From an uncultured Pseudomonadota bacterium (lineage in GTDB: Bacteria; Pseudomonadota; Gammaproteobacteria; Steroidobacterales; Steroidobacteraceae): a stretch of DNA of 64,000 bases. The DNA lies in assembly GCA_963741745.1 (NCBI GenBank), contig CAVUJF010000001.1, forward strand, positions 122,345-186,344, written 5' to 3'. Shown here piece by piece: positions 51,119-62,169 of this stretch (position 1 is its first letter; each line of letters starts with the position of its first letter). The notes below the pieces were generated by a model that saw nothing but the letters and a program-made list of their open reading frames with translations, ran no database searches and was not told the origin of the DNA. A program made the position numbers and the translations under genes.

Positions 51119-53120
51119 TTGACCACCAGTGCCTCCGCAGATCTCGAACTCATGCGCGCCTCGTTGCTGCTGGAGTCGGACCCGGCGGGTGCGGCGCGGC
51201 GCGCCAGCGAGATCCTCGCCCAGTTTCCCGGGCACGCCGAGGCGAGCCTGCTGCTGGCTACCGCCTGCCGCAACCTCGGCGAGCCGGCCACCGCGGCAAG
51301 CGTGCTGGAGACGGTCGCGGCCGCGACTGCGGACTCGCCCGCCATCCTGCTGGAGCTCGGGCGCGCCTACGCCGCCGGCGGGCGCATTGCCGAGGCCATC
51401 GCGACCCTGGAACGAGCGGTGGCGGCCGATCCGAAGTTCGCCGACGGCTGGCGGGAGCTGGCTGCCCAGCGGTTCGTGGCGGGCGATACGCTCGGCGGCG
51501 ATCAGGCCTACGAGCGCTATACGCTCCTGTGGCGCCAGCCGCAGGAATTGCGTCGATGCGGTCCAGGCCTTGGGCGACCACCGCATCGAGGCCGCCGAAC
51601 AGATCCTGCGGCGGCGCCTGAAACAATTTCCGCACGATGTCGCCGCGCTGCGGCTGCTGACCGAGGCCGCGTTGCAGCGCGAGGACGAGGTCAAGGCCGA
51701 GCAACTACCTCAGGCAGTGCCTCGCACTCGCGCCGGGCTTCGCCGCCGCTCGCTACGATCTGGCGCAGGTGTTGCTTTCCAAGCAGCACATTGCAGAGAT
51801 GATGAGCCACCTGGCGCGGCTGCTCGCGACGCAGCCACGTAACATCAGCTACCTGGGCCTCAAGGCGCACGGCTTGCGCCTGCTCGGGCGCAACGACGAG
51901 GCGATGGCCCTGGTCGAGGAGTTGGTCGCCGAGCACCCGCACGAGGAGCAGGTGTGGGTATTGTACGGGGGCATGCTGCGGGAAATGGGCGAGAAGGCCC
52001 AAGCGATCGATGCCTTCCGCAAGGCCATCGCCTTGCGTCCCGGCTCACCCGGCGCGTATGTGAGCCTCGCCAATCTCAAGACGTTTCAATTCAGCGACGA
52101 GGACCTCGCGGCCATGCAGCAGCAGCTGGCGCTCGAGAGCGTTCGCGGTGTCGAGCGCGTCCAGCTCGAGTTCGCCCTGGGCGCTGCCTACGAATACCGC
52201 AACGAATTCGCCGCGTCCTTCGAGCACTATGCGCGCGGCAATAGCCTGCACCGGTCCACGCTGTATTACGATCCCGGGTTCGTGACCGAGCGCGGTGCAG
52301 CGTACGCGGACGTTGTTCAATGCGCAGTTCTTTGCCGAACGAGCAGGGCTGGGGCAGCCAGCAGACCGATCCGATCTTCATCATCGGCCTGCCCCGTTCC
52401 GGCTCGACGCTCTTGGAACAGATGCTCTCCTGTCACTCGCAGATAGAGGGCACGCGCGAGCTTCCCGATCTCCCCGTCCTCGCCCTGGAGCTGGTGTCAG
52501 AGGTAGAGACGCCGACGCAGGCGACGTTGTTCGAGAAGTTCGAGGCGCTGAGCTCCGAGCAGGTGGCAACCCTCGCCGCGCGTTATCTGGAGAGCACTCG
52601 CAGGCATCGTCAGCTCGGCAAAGAGCGCTTCGTCGATAAGCTCCCCGGCAACTGGTCGCTGCTCGGGTTCGTGCTGCTGCTCTTTCCGCGCGCCTCGATC
52701 ATCGACGCGCGCCGCCATCCGCTGGGCAGCGGCTTCTCCTGCTACAAGCAGCTCTTCGCCCGCGGCCAGCAGTTCACCTATGACCTGCGGGAGCTCGGGC
52801 TCTTCTCCCGCGACTACATCACGCTCATGCAGCATTTCGATGAAATCTTCCCGGGCCGGATACACCGCGTGCACTACGAACAGCTCGTCAAGGAGCCCGA
52901 GGGCGAGTTGCGCAAGCTGCTCGACTACTGCGGCCTGCCGTTCGAGGAGCAGTGCCTGCGTTTTCACGAGAATCGCCGCGCGGTGTCCACGCTCAGTTCC
53001 GAGCAGGTCCGTCAGCCGCTCTACACCGAGAGCGTGGACCACTGGCGCAACTACGACGAGTGGCTCGGGCCGCTGAAGAGCGCGCTCGGCGAGCTCGTTG
53101 CGCAATACCCAGTGCAGTAA
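51119..53120 (+). pseudogene. TPR-repeat / sulfotransferase fusion protein (ST3), 4 frameshifts as given
   Basis: The pieces, in order, start with LTTSASADLELMRASLLLESDPAGAARRASEIL...YERYTLL and VDAVQALGDHRIEAAEQILRRRLKQFPHDVAALRLL...KAEQL. Then come LRQCLALAPGFAAARYDLAQVLLSKQH...YYDPGFVTER, VQRTRTLFNAQFFAER and QGWGSQQTDPIFIIGLPRSGSTLLEQML...HYEQLV...VAQYPVQ. Junctions lie near 51545, 51710, 52290 and 52345. The 2002 nt minus 4 gives 666 codons. The start is TTG at 51119 or ATG at 51152. Confidence 0.75.
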
Positions 53121-53130
53121 AGGGCCGCGC

Positions 53131-55333
53131 GTGACCGACACCCAGGCGAGGCTCGAGAGTGCGCGCGCCCTGCACCGGCAGGGACGGATCGCGGAGGCCA
53201 TGCCGCTGTATCGCGAGGTGCTCACGCTCGAGCCCCGCAATGTCGAGGCGCTGCAGCTGCTCGGCGTGGCGCTGGCCAGCATGGGTGACTTTGAGCGCGC
53301 CACCGTGCTGTTGGCTGCCGCGGCGCAGCTGGCGCCCGCCAGTGCCGCCATCCAGGCCAATCTTGCCGGTGCGTTGAGCGGTGGCGGGCGCTGGCAGGAG
53401 GCACTGACCGCCTACGAGCGTGCCTTGCGCAGCGAGCCACGGCTGCCGGCGGCGCTGCGCGGGCAGGCGGCCGCGCTCATGCAGCTCGGGCGCCACGAGG
53501 CGGCCACTGCCGCCTTCCGCAAGGCGGTGCGGCTGGTGCCGGGGGACGACCAGGCCTGGAACGGTCTCGGCGTGGTACTGGAGCGTGCCGGTCAGGCCAC
53601 CGAGGCGCGCGCGCAGTTTGTGCGGGCGATCGAACTCAATGCCGCCAACGCGGAGGCGCATCACAACCTGGGACTGCTCGATGCGGCCGCAGGACGACCC
53701 GTCGAGGCACTGGCGAGCATCGAGCGCGCGCTGGCCCTGCAGCCGGCCAATCCCGTTCTCATGGTCAACCACGGCACCCAGTTACTGGCGCTCGGCCGGG
53801 CGCAGGAAGCACTGGGCAGCTTCGAGCGCGCGCTCACCCTGCAGCCTGAGGATGCGGCCACGCATTACAACCGCGGACTGGCGCTGTTCGCGCTCAAGCG
53901 TCATGCGCAGGCGCTGGCAAGCTTCGAGCGCGCCCTTGAATCCGCACCGGACCAGCGTCCCAGCGCAGTTGTGGCGCGGCAAGAGCCTGCTGGAGCTCGG
54001 GCGGCCGGCCGAGGCGCTCGCCGCCTTCGAGCGCGCGCGGCAGGCGGCGCCTGATGAGTTCGAGGTGCACATGCAATGCGGGAGCGCGCTCGCACAGCTG
54101 TCCCGCAACGAGGAGGCGCTGGCGAGCTTCGAGCGCGCGCAGGCCCTGAATGCCGGCTCGCCCGAGGCGGTCAACAATCGCGGCGCGGTGCTCGTGCGGC
54201 TGTTCCGGCCCGCAGAGGCACTCGAGGATTTCAGCCGCGCGCTCGCGCTGCAACCGGACTACGCCGAGGCCCTGATCAACGCCGGCAACGTGCTGCGCGG
54301 CCTGGGCCGCTATGAGGAGGCGCAGTCTCACCTGGCGCGCGCGCGCGAACTGAAGCCGCAGGATCCGACCGTGCGCTGGAGCCAGGCAGTGCTCAAGCTC
54401 GGCCTCGGGGACTTCCGCGGCGGCTGGCCGCTTTACGAGGCACGCCTGGAACTGCCGCCGGCGGATCGGCTGCGACATCCGGGGCTGCCGCGCTGGAGCG
54501 GCGCCGAGCCGCTCGCGGGGCGTTCGCTGCTGGTGTATGCCGATCAGGGACTGGGCGACACGCTGCAGTTCTGCCGCTACGTGCCGGTGCTCGAGGCGAT
54601 GGGGGCACGCGTGGTCTTCGAGGTGCAGCCGGTACTCACGCAGCTGCTCGCATCACTGCCGATGCGCGGCACCCTGCTCGGGCGTGGCGAGGCCCTGCCC
54701 CCCTGCGAGCTCTGCATCCCGCTGGCCAGCGTGCCGCTGGCCCTGGATACGCAGCTGGAGACGATCCCCGGCGCCGTGCCCTACCTGCACGCCGACCCGC
54801 AGGCGGTGGCCACCTGGAAGGAACGCCTCGCGCAGCTGCCGGGATTCGTGGTGGGACTGAACTGGCACGGCAACCCGGAGGCCGAGAAGCTCTCGGCGCT
54901 GCAGGCACGCTCCTTTCCCCTCGCCGCCGCCGCACCGCTCGCCCGGGTGCCCGGAGTGAGCCTGGTCACGCTGCAGAAAGGTGCGGGCGCCGAGCAGCGC
55001 GCGGCGGTGGCCTTCGCTTCGCAGCTCACCCAGCTGACCGATCCGTCATACATGGGAGCGGCGGAAATCGCCACCGAGACCGCGGCGATCCTGTCGGGGG
55101 TCGACCTGGTGATCACGGCCGACACGGCCCTGGCACACATGGCCGGCGCACTGGGGGTGCCGGTGTGGGTCATGCTGCAGCACGTGCCGGACTGGCGCTG
55201 GCTCACCGAGCGCTCCGACAGCCCGTGGTATCCGACGATGCGCCTGTTCCGCCAGCGCGCACCCGGGGACTGGGACGAGCTGTTCGCACGCGTCGCCGCG
55301 GCACTGGCCGCCCTGCTCCCCGCGCAGCCCTGA
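53131..55333 (+). pseudogene. TPR-repeat protein fused to a GT9 (heptosyltransferase-like) domain, 1 frameshift as given
   Basis: The GTG at 53131 lies 10 nt after the ST3 stop. About 10 TPRs follow (AMPLYREVLTLEPRNVEALQLLGVAL ...). The frame changes near 53950 (ORF 53098..54054 to ORF 53420..55333). The C-terminal domain has LLVYADQGLGDTLQFCRYVPVL, VGLNWHGNP and LVITADTALAHMAGALGVPVWVML. The 2203 nt minus 1 gives 734 codons. Confidence 0.75.
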
Positions 55334-55369
55334 AGCCAGGCCGTGGCGGGGCACAGCGGCGCAGCGCTG

Positions 55370-56797
55370 TCAGCCCTTGGCCGCCGGCGTGCGCCCGCAC
55401 GAGCGCGTCCAGTCCTCCGGCTTCGCCCCCGGGTTGTGCCAGCCGCAGGGGCCGACGATCAGCTCCTCCGCCTGCGGCGGGCCCCAGGACCCGGGCGGGT
55501 ACTCCAGCGGCGCACTGCCGGTGCGCAGCACCGGGTCGACGATGGCCCAGGCGGCTTCCACCTCGTCTTCGCGCGCAAAGTGCGCCGTGTCACCGATCAG
55601 GGCGGCACTGATCAGCACTTCGTAGGCGTCCATGTCGTCCTTCTGCTGCTGGGCGACGTAAAGCTCCACGTCGGTTCCGTTCATGGCCGGCCCTGCCTTC
55701 TTGGTTTGCGCGCCCAGGGCGATGGCGACATCCGGACCCAGACGGAAGCGCAGGTGATTCGGCTGCTCGGGGCCGAGGGCGCCGAAGACATTGGCCGGCG
55801 GGGGCTTCAGTTCCACCACCACCTCGGTGGCGGTCACCGGCAGGCGCTTGCCGGCGCGCAGGTAGAACGGCACGCCGCCCCAGCGCCAGGAGTCGATGTG
55901 CAGCGTCAGGGCCGCGTAGGTCTCGACCCTGGAGTCCGGGGCGACGCCGGGCTCGGCGCGGTAGCCCCTGAACTGGCCACGCAGGATCTCGTCCGGCACT
56001 ACGGGGCGCACGGCCTTGAGCAGCTTCACCTTCTCATCGCGCAGTGACTCGCCTGCCATGTTGACCGGCGGCTCCATGCCCAGCAGCGCCACGATCTGCA
56101 GCAGGTGGTTCTGCACCACGTCGCGGATCGCCCCGGTCTCCTCATAGAACTTGCCGCGACCCTCCACGCCCAGGGTTTCCGCCATCGTCACCTGGACGCT
56201 GCTGACGTAGTTGCGGTTCCAGACCGGCTCGAGGAAGGAGTTCGCGAAGCGGAAGAACAGCAGGTTCTGCACCGCCCCCTTGCCGAGGTAGTGGTCGATG
56301 CGAAAGATATTGGCTTCCGGAAAGTGTGCGTGCAGGGTCTTGTTCAAGGCGCGCGCGGAGGCCAGGTCCCGGCCGAAGGGCTTCTCGATGACCACGCGCG
56401 CGGCCTGCGGGTTGCCGGTCGCCGCCAGGTGTTCGATGACCACCGGGAACATGCTCGGCGGGATCGCCAGGTAATGCAGCGGCCGCTGCGCGTTGCCGAG
56501 GGCCTTGCTCAGTAACTCGAACGTGGCGCGATTGTTGTAGTCGCCATCGACGTAGCGCAGCAGGCCGACCAGGCGGGCGATCAGCGCCTCCTCCGCATCC
56601 GGCGCGAAGGCCTTGAGGCTCTCGCGCACGCGCGCGCCAAGCTGCGCAAGGTTCCAGCCCTGGCGCGCCACCCCGACCACGGGGACCGTGAGCAGGTTGC
56701 GCCGCACCAGCTGGTAGAGCGCGGGGAAGATCTTGCGGTAGCACAGGTCCCCGGTCGCCCCGAACAGCACCATCGCATCGCAGTCACGGCGTTCCAA
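55370..56797 (-). CDS. zwf: Glucose-6-phosphate 1-dehydrogenase
   Basis: 475 aa with [20 protein letters not shown] and the active-site motif RIDHYLGK. The start is TTG at 56797 or ATG at 56773. Confidence 0.95.
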   Translation of the reverse strand: MERRDCDAMVLFGATGDLCYRKIFPALYQLVRRNLLTVPVVGVARQGWNLAQLGARVRESLKAFAPDAEEALIARLVGLLRYVDGDYNNRATFELLSKALGNAQRPLHYLAIPPSMFPVVIEHLAATGNPQAARVVIEKPFGRDLASARALNKTLHAHFPEANIFRIDHYLGKGAVQNLLFFRFANSFLEPVWNRNYVSSVQVTMAETLGVEGRGKFYEETGAIRDVVQNHLLQIVALLGMEPPVNMAGESLRDEKVKLLKAVRPVVPDEILRGQFRGYRAEPGVAPDSRVETYAALTLHIDSWRWGGVPFYLRAGKRLPVTATEVVVELKPPPANVFGALGPEQPNHLRFRLGPDVAIALGAQTKKAGPAMNGTDVELYVAQQQKDDMDAYEVLISAALIGDTAHFAREDEVEAAWAIVDPVLRTGSAPLEYPPGSWGPPQAEELIVGPCGWHNPGAKPEDWTRSCGRTPAAKG

Positions 56798-56818
56798 GCG
56801 AATGCTCCTCGTCCCTGC

Positions 56819-57829
56819 TCAGGAAGACTTCTCGAGGTGGCCGCCGAACCCCAGGCGCATGGCCGAGAGCACCTTGTTGGCAAACTCCGCATGTCCGCGC
56901 GATTCGAAGCGCGAGTACAGCGCAGCGCTGAGCACCGGCGCCGGCACACCGACCTCGATCGCCGCCTGCACGGTCCAGCGGCCCTCGCCCGAATCGGACA
57001 CGCGGCCGGCGAAGCCGGCCAGCTGCGGGTCCCTGGCCAGGGCAGCGGCGGTCAGATCGAGCAGGCGCGAGGAGATGATGCTGCCATGGCGCCACACTTC
57101 GGTAATCGCCGCAACGTCCAGCTGGTACTGGAAATAGCGCGGGTTGGCGAGCGGTGCGGTCTCGGCGTCGGCGCTTGCCTGCTGCATGCCGGCGTTGGCA
57201 TGCGAGAGCAGGTTAAGGCCCTCGGCATAGGCGGCCATCAACCCATACTCGATCCCGTTGTGGATCATCTTCACGAAGTGCCCCGCCCCGGAGGGGCCGC
57301 AGTGCAGGTACCCCATGGCCGCCGCCGCCGCATTGGCCGCCCCGCCACCGCCCTGTGGCCTCCTGCCGCCCGGGGCGAGGCTGGCCAGCGCCGGCTCCAC
57401 CAGGTCCACGGCCACGGTGTCGCCGCCGATCATCAGGCAGTAGCCCTCCTCAAAGCCAAGAACGCCGCCACTGGTGCCGATGTCCAGGTAGTGGATGCCC
57501 GCGGGCCTGAGCTCATCCGAGCGGCGAATGTCGTCATGATAGTTGGAGTTGCCACCGTCGATGAGCACGTCGCCGGCGGCAAGGTGCGGGCGCAGCTGCT
57601 GGATCACCGAATCGACGATCGCCGCGGGCACCATGACCCACACCGCGCGCGGCGGCTTGAGCGAGCGCGCCAGATCCGCCAGTGAACTGACGCCCTGCGC
57701 GCCGTAGCCGACCACCGCCTGCACCGCCGCGGGCTTCGGATCGTAGGCCACGCAGGTGTGACCTGCCTTGAGCAGCCGCCGCACCATGTTCGCGCCCATG
57801 CGCCCCAGTCCGATCATCCCGATCTGCAT
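56819..57829 (-). CDS. gnd: 6-phosphogluconate dehydrogenase (decarboxylating), short form
   Basis: 336 aa with MQIGMIGLGRMGANMVRRL (Rossmann fold) and GAGHFVKMIHNGIEYG. Confidence 0.9.
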   Translation of the reverse strand: MQIGMIGLGRMGANMVRRLLKAGHTCVAYDPKPAAVQAVVGYGAQGVSSLADLARSLKPPRAVWVMVPAAIVDSVIQQLRPHLAAGDVLIDGGNSNYHDDIRRSDELRPAGIHYLDIGTSGGVLGFEEGYCLMIGGDTVAVDLVEPALASLAPGGRRPQGGGGAANAAAAAMGYLHCGPSGAGHFVKMIHNGIEYGLMAAYAEGLNLLSHANAGMQQASADAETAPLANPRYFQYQLDVAAITEVWRHGSIISSRLLDLTAAALARDPQLAGFAGRVSDSGEGRWTVQAAIEVGVPAPVLSAALYSRFESRGHAEFANKVLSAMRLGFGGHLEKSS

Positions 57830-57872
57830 TGTCTGACTCCCTCAAGCGGCGGCCGGGTGAATGCTCTGCCCG

Positions 57873-59374
<1,502 letters not shown>

Positions 59375-59396
59375 GATGGAAGCCTTTGATCTTGGA

Positions 59397-59771
59397 TCAT
59401 CGTTTTGCAAAAAAGCGCGCCCCGGGTAAGCCGCGGAAATCGGCATCCTGCGTCCAAAGAATGGCGTCGTTGCGCTGTGCCGTTGCCAGCATGATGCTGT
59501 CCGCCAGCGCCAAGCGGTGATCCAGCGAAAGCCGTGCCGCTGCCAGCGCAGTCGCCCGGTCCAGATCGACCACCTTACCCTGCTCCATGACCGCTACGGC
59601 ACGCAGCGCCTCGTCATCTCCACGTTGCGCGGCGATCCGTTTGAAAACCTCGAATATCGACAGGGTCGGGACTAACAGCGAACGGGTCGTCTCGATTGCC
59701 TTCGCGAACTCCCCGGCGTTCGGCCCATCGGCGAGATACTCAAGCCAGGCCGAGGAATCGACCACGTTCAT
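59397..59771 (-). CDS. vapC: PIN-domain ribonuclease toxin VapC
   Basis: 124 aa. The acidic PIN residues sit in the contexts MNVVDSSAW, SIFEVF, LADSIML and WTQDADF. Confidence 0.9.
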   Translation of the reverse strand: MNVVDSSAWLEYLADGPNAGEFAKAIETTRSLLVPTLSIFEVFKRIAAQRGDDEALRAVAVMEQGKVVDLDRATALAAARLSLDHRLALADSIMLATAQRNDAILWTQDADFRGLPGARFFAKR

Positions 59772-59974
59772 ACGCGGTCGGGCTCGCGCGGCACATCGGT
59801 GTCAATGCCCTTCAGGCTGCCTCGGACGCTCTTAGCAGCCCTCACCGGCACGAGCTCGATGCGCCCACGATACTCTATCGCGTGCAGCTTCTCCCCGGGC
59901 TTGATGCCGAGCGCCTCGCGTATGCTCCGCGGGATAACGATCTGAAACTTGGACGAGACCGTGATTGTCGTCAT
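59768..59974 (-). CDS. vapB: AbrB/SpoVT-type antitoxin VapB
   Basis: 68 aa. MTTITVSSKFQIVIPRSIREALGIKPGEKL is a swapped-hairpin AbrB/MazE-type fold. Its stop overlaps the vapC start (ATGA). Confidence 0.85.
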   Translation of the reverse strand: MTTITVSSKFQIVIPRSIREALGIKPGEKLHAIEYRGRIELVPVRAAKSVRGSLKGIDTDVPREPDRV

Positions 59975-60076
59975 ACGTTACCTCGATCGATACTAATATT
60001 GTAAGACGTAAATCGAGAGAACGCAATCTGCCAATCCTGGCATGAACCCGCGTGCCATCCGGGGCCACGCCTTATA

Positions 60077-61099
60077 ATGCCGCCCATGGATTCCCCCGTG
60101 CCCACCGCACCACCCCCGGTGCTTAGCGCCACCGACGAGCAGCTGCTCGCCTCGGGCAGGCGCGCTCTTCAAATCGAGACGCGTGCGCTCGAGGCGCTGG
60201 CGCCCCGCCTGGGGTCGACGTTCGCACAGGCGTGCCGGATCTGCCTCGCCTGTCAAGGCCGGGTCGTGGTGACCGGGATGGGCAAGTCCGGCCATATCGC
60301 CGGCAAGATCGCCGCCACCCTGGCGAGCACGGGTACGCCGGCGTTCTTCCTGCACCCGGCTGAGGCCGGGCATGGCGACCTGGGCATGATCACCCGCGCG
60401 GACGCGCTGCTGGCGCTTTCCAACTCCGGCGAGACACCCGAGCTCGTGCTGCTGCTGCCGCACTTGAAGCGCCTCGGCGTCCCGCTGATGGTGCTCACGG
60501 GGCGGGCCGACTCGACCCTTGGCCGGGCCGCTGGCGTGGTGCTGGATGTGAGCGTGCCAGAGGAGGCCTGCCCGCTGAACCTCGCGCCGACCGCCAGCAC
60601 CACTGCCACGCTTGCCATGGGCGACGCCCTGGCGGTATCGGTGCTGGAGGCGCGCGGGTTCACGGCCCAGGATTTCGCCCGCTCCCATCCCGGCGGAGCA
60701 CTCGGCCGCAAGCTGCTGCTGCATGTGGAGGACCTGATGCGCACCGGCGATGCCATCCCGCGCGTTGCACCCGAGGCGCCGTTGCGCGATGGCCTGTTGG
60801 AAATGTCGCGCAAGGGGCTCGGCATGACCGTGGTGGTGGATCCCGCTCAGCGCATCCTCGGGGTGTTCACCGACGGGGACCTGCGGCGCGCGCTTGACCG
60901 GCAGATCGACGTCCACAAGACACTCATGAAGTCGGTCATGACCGTGAATGGCAAGAGCATCGGCGCGCGCGATCTTGCGGCCGAGGCGGTCCACCTGATG
61001 GAAGTGCACGGCATCACCGCCCTGCCGGTGGCAGATGCGCAGGGCCGCCTGGTCGGAGCGCTCAACGTGCACGACCTGCTGCGTGCCGGCGTGGTGTGA
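60077..61099 (+). CDS. kdsD: Arabinose-5-phosphate isomerase
   Basis: 340 aa. It has a SIS domain (VVVTGMGKSGHIAGKIAATLASTGTPAFF) plus tandem C-terminal CBS domains. The start may be ATG 60077 or ATG 60086. Confidence 0.93.
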   Translation: MPPMDSPVPTAPPPVLSATDEQLLASGRRALQIETRALEALAPRLGSTFAQACRICLACQGRVVVTGMGKSGHIAGKIAATLASTGTPAFFLHPAEAGHGDLGMITRADALLALSNSGETPELVLLLPHLKRLGVPLMVLTGRADSTLGRAAGVVLDVSVPEEACPLNLAPTASTTATLAMGDALAVSVLEARGFTAQDFARSHPGGALGRKLLLHVEDLMRTGDAIPRVAPEAPLRDGLLEMSRKGLGMTVVVDPAQRILGVFTDGDLRRALDRQIDVHKTLMKSVMTVNGKSIGARDLAAEAVHLMEVHGITALPVADAQGRLVGALNVHDLLRAGVV

Positions 61100-61612
61100 A
61101 TGGCGACCCGCGGCATGCGTAAACCGGTCCGCCTGCTGGTGCTCGACGTCGACGGCGTGCTCACGGACGGGCGGCTGTACTTCGGGCCGCGCGGCGAGTC
61201 GCTGAAGGTCTTCCACGTGCGCGACGGCCTGGGGCTGGTACAGTTGCGCCGCGCCGGGTTCGCGGTGGCCGTGATCTCCGGGCGGCGCTCGCCGATGGTC
61301 ACGGTGCGCTGTCGCGAGCTGGGCATTGCGCACGTCCACCAAGGTGTCGCCGATAAGCTCGCCGTCCTTACCCGCTTGTGTGCGCGGCTGAAGATCACGC
61401 CGGCCGAGTGTGCCTGCATCGGCGATGACCTCCCGGACCTGCCGCTCATGCGCGCGGTGGCGCACAGCTTTGCAGTCGCCGACGCGCACCCGCAGGTGCT
61501 GCGCGCGGCCGGGCACGTGACCCGCCTGCCCGGTGGGGCCGGGGCGGTGCGCGAGGTCTGCGACCTGCTGCTCGCCGGCGCCAGGCGTGCTCCTCGGGGG
61601 CCCCGGCCGTGA
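61100..61612 (+). CDS. kdsC: 3-deoxy-D-manno-octulosonate 8-phosphate phosphatase
   Basis: 170 aa with HAD motifs LLVLDVDGVLTDG and IGDDLPDLP. Confidence 0.9.
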   Translation: MATRGMRKPVRLLVLDVDGVLTDGRLYFGPRGESLKVFHVRDGLGLVQLRRAGFAVAVISGRRSPMVTVRCRELGIAHVHQGVADKLAVLTRLCARLKITPAECACIGDDLPDLPLMRAVAHSFAVADAHPQVLRAAGHVTRLPGGAGAVREVCDLLLAGARRAPRGPRP

Positions 61613-62169
61613 CCTACCGGCTGCTGGGCATCCTCGCCTTTGTGGCGCTCATCGTGGGGGCGTTCGTGCTCTCCGGCGGCCAGCGCGAGAGCGCCGTCCA
61701 GGTGACGGTCGAGGAAGCCATGCCGGACCCGGGCTATTCGGCGCGCAAGGCGCACATGGTGCAGACCGCAGCGGACGGACACCCCCTGTATACCCTGGAT
61801 GCGGCACAGGTCCGGCAGCAGCCCGGCCAGGAGACGGTGACGCTGCAGGAGGTGCACTTTGCGTTCCGCGATGACAGCGGCAACGAATGGACTGCGCGCG
61901 CCAATGAGGGTGAACTCTCCCAGAACAGCGGCATGGTCAAACTCAGCGGGGCGGTGCACGTGAACGGCATCCTGCCGGGCGCCGATGAGCCGGCGGACAT
62001 GTCGACCGAGCACCTGGCCTTTGACACCAAGGCGCAGCTGCTGACCACCTCCGACCCGGTGACGCTGGTGATGTCCGGACGCAAGCTCGACGCCACCGGG
62101 ATGAGGGCCAACTTGAAGGAGAGTCGCGTGCAGTTAGAATCGGCGATACATGGCACCTACCTACCCTAG
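61609..62169 (+). CDS. lptC: LPS export protein LptC
   Basis: 186 aa. The GTG start overlaps the kdsC stop (GTGA). It has a single N-terminal TM segment (LLGILAFVALIVGAFVL) and sits in the conserved slot between kdsC and lptA. Confidence 0.8.
   Translation: MTYRLLGILAFVALIVGAFVLSGGQRESAVQVTVEEAMPDPGYSARKAHMVQTAADGHPLYTLDAAQVRQQPGQETVTLQEVHFAFRDDSGNEWTARANEGELSQNSGMVKLSGAVHVNGILPGADEPADMSTEHLAFDTKAQLLTTSDPVTLVMSGRKLDATGMRANLKESRVQLESAIHGTYLP

Noticed and set aside
44248-53120. Programmed ribosomal frameshifting or recoding as an explanation for the multiple frame changes.
   Set aside because: I saw no shared slippery heptamer, no prfB-like stop-codon context and no downstream structure at the junctions. 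Up to ten consecutive shifts in one gene cannot be programmed, and the breaks also occur in unrelated core genes.
41234-55333. Interpreting the island as a RaxST/RaxX-like tyrosine-sulfated peptide system, or as LpxO-type lipid A hydroxylation.
   Set aside because: The sulfotransferases carry long TPR arrays, and no RaxX-like precursor or peptidase-containing ABC exporter of the RaxB type is present. The AspH-type protein has a soluble TPR-like N-terminus rather than the membrane anchors of LpxO. The resemblance is at superfamily level only.
60066-60090. A perfect TATAAT immediately upstream of, and overlapping, the first kdsD ATG, suggesting a leaderless transcript starting at the second ATG (60086).
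   Set aside because: No acceptable -35 element lies at 16-19 nt (GCGTGC/CGCGTG). A single hexamer match in a locally AT-richer spacer is weak evidence. It is kept only as a note on start-codon uncertainty.
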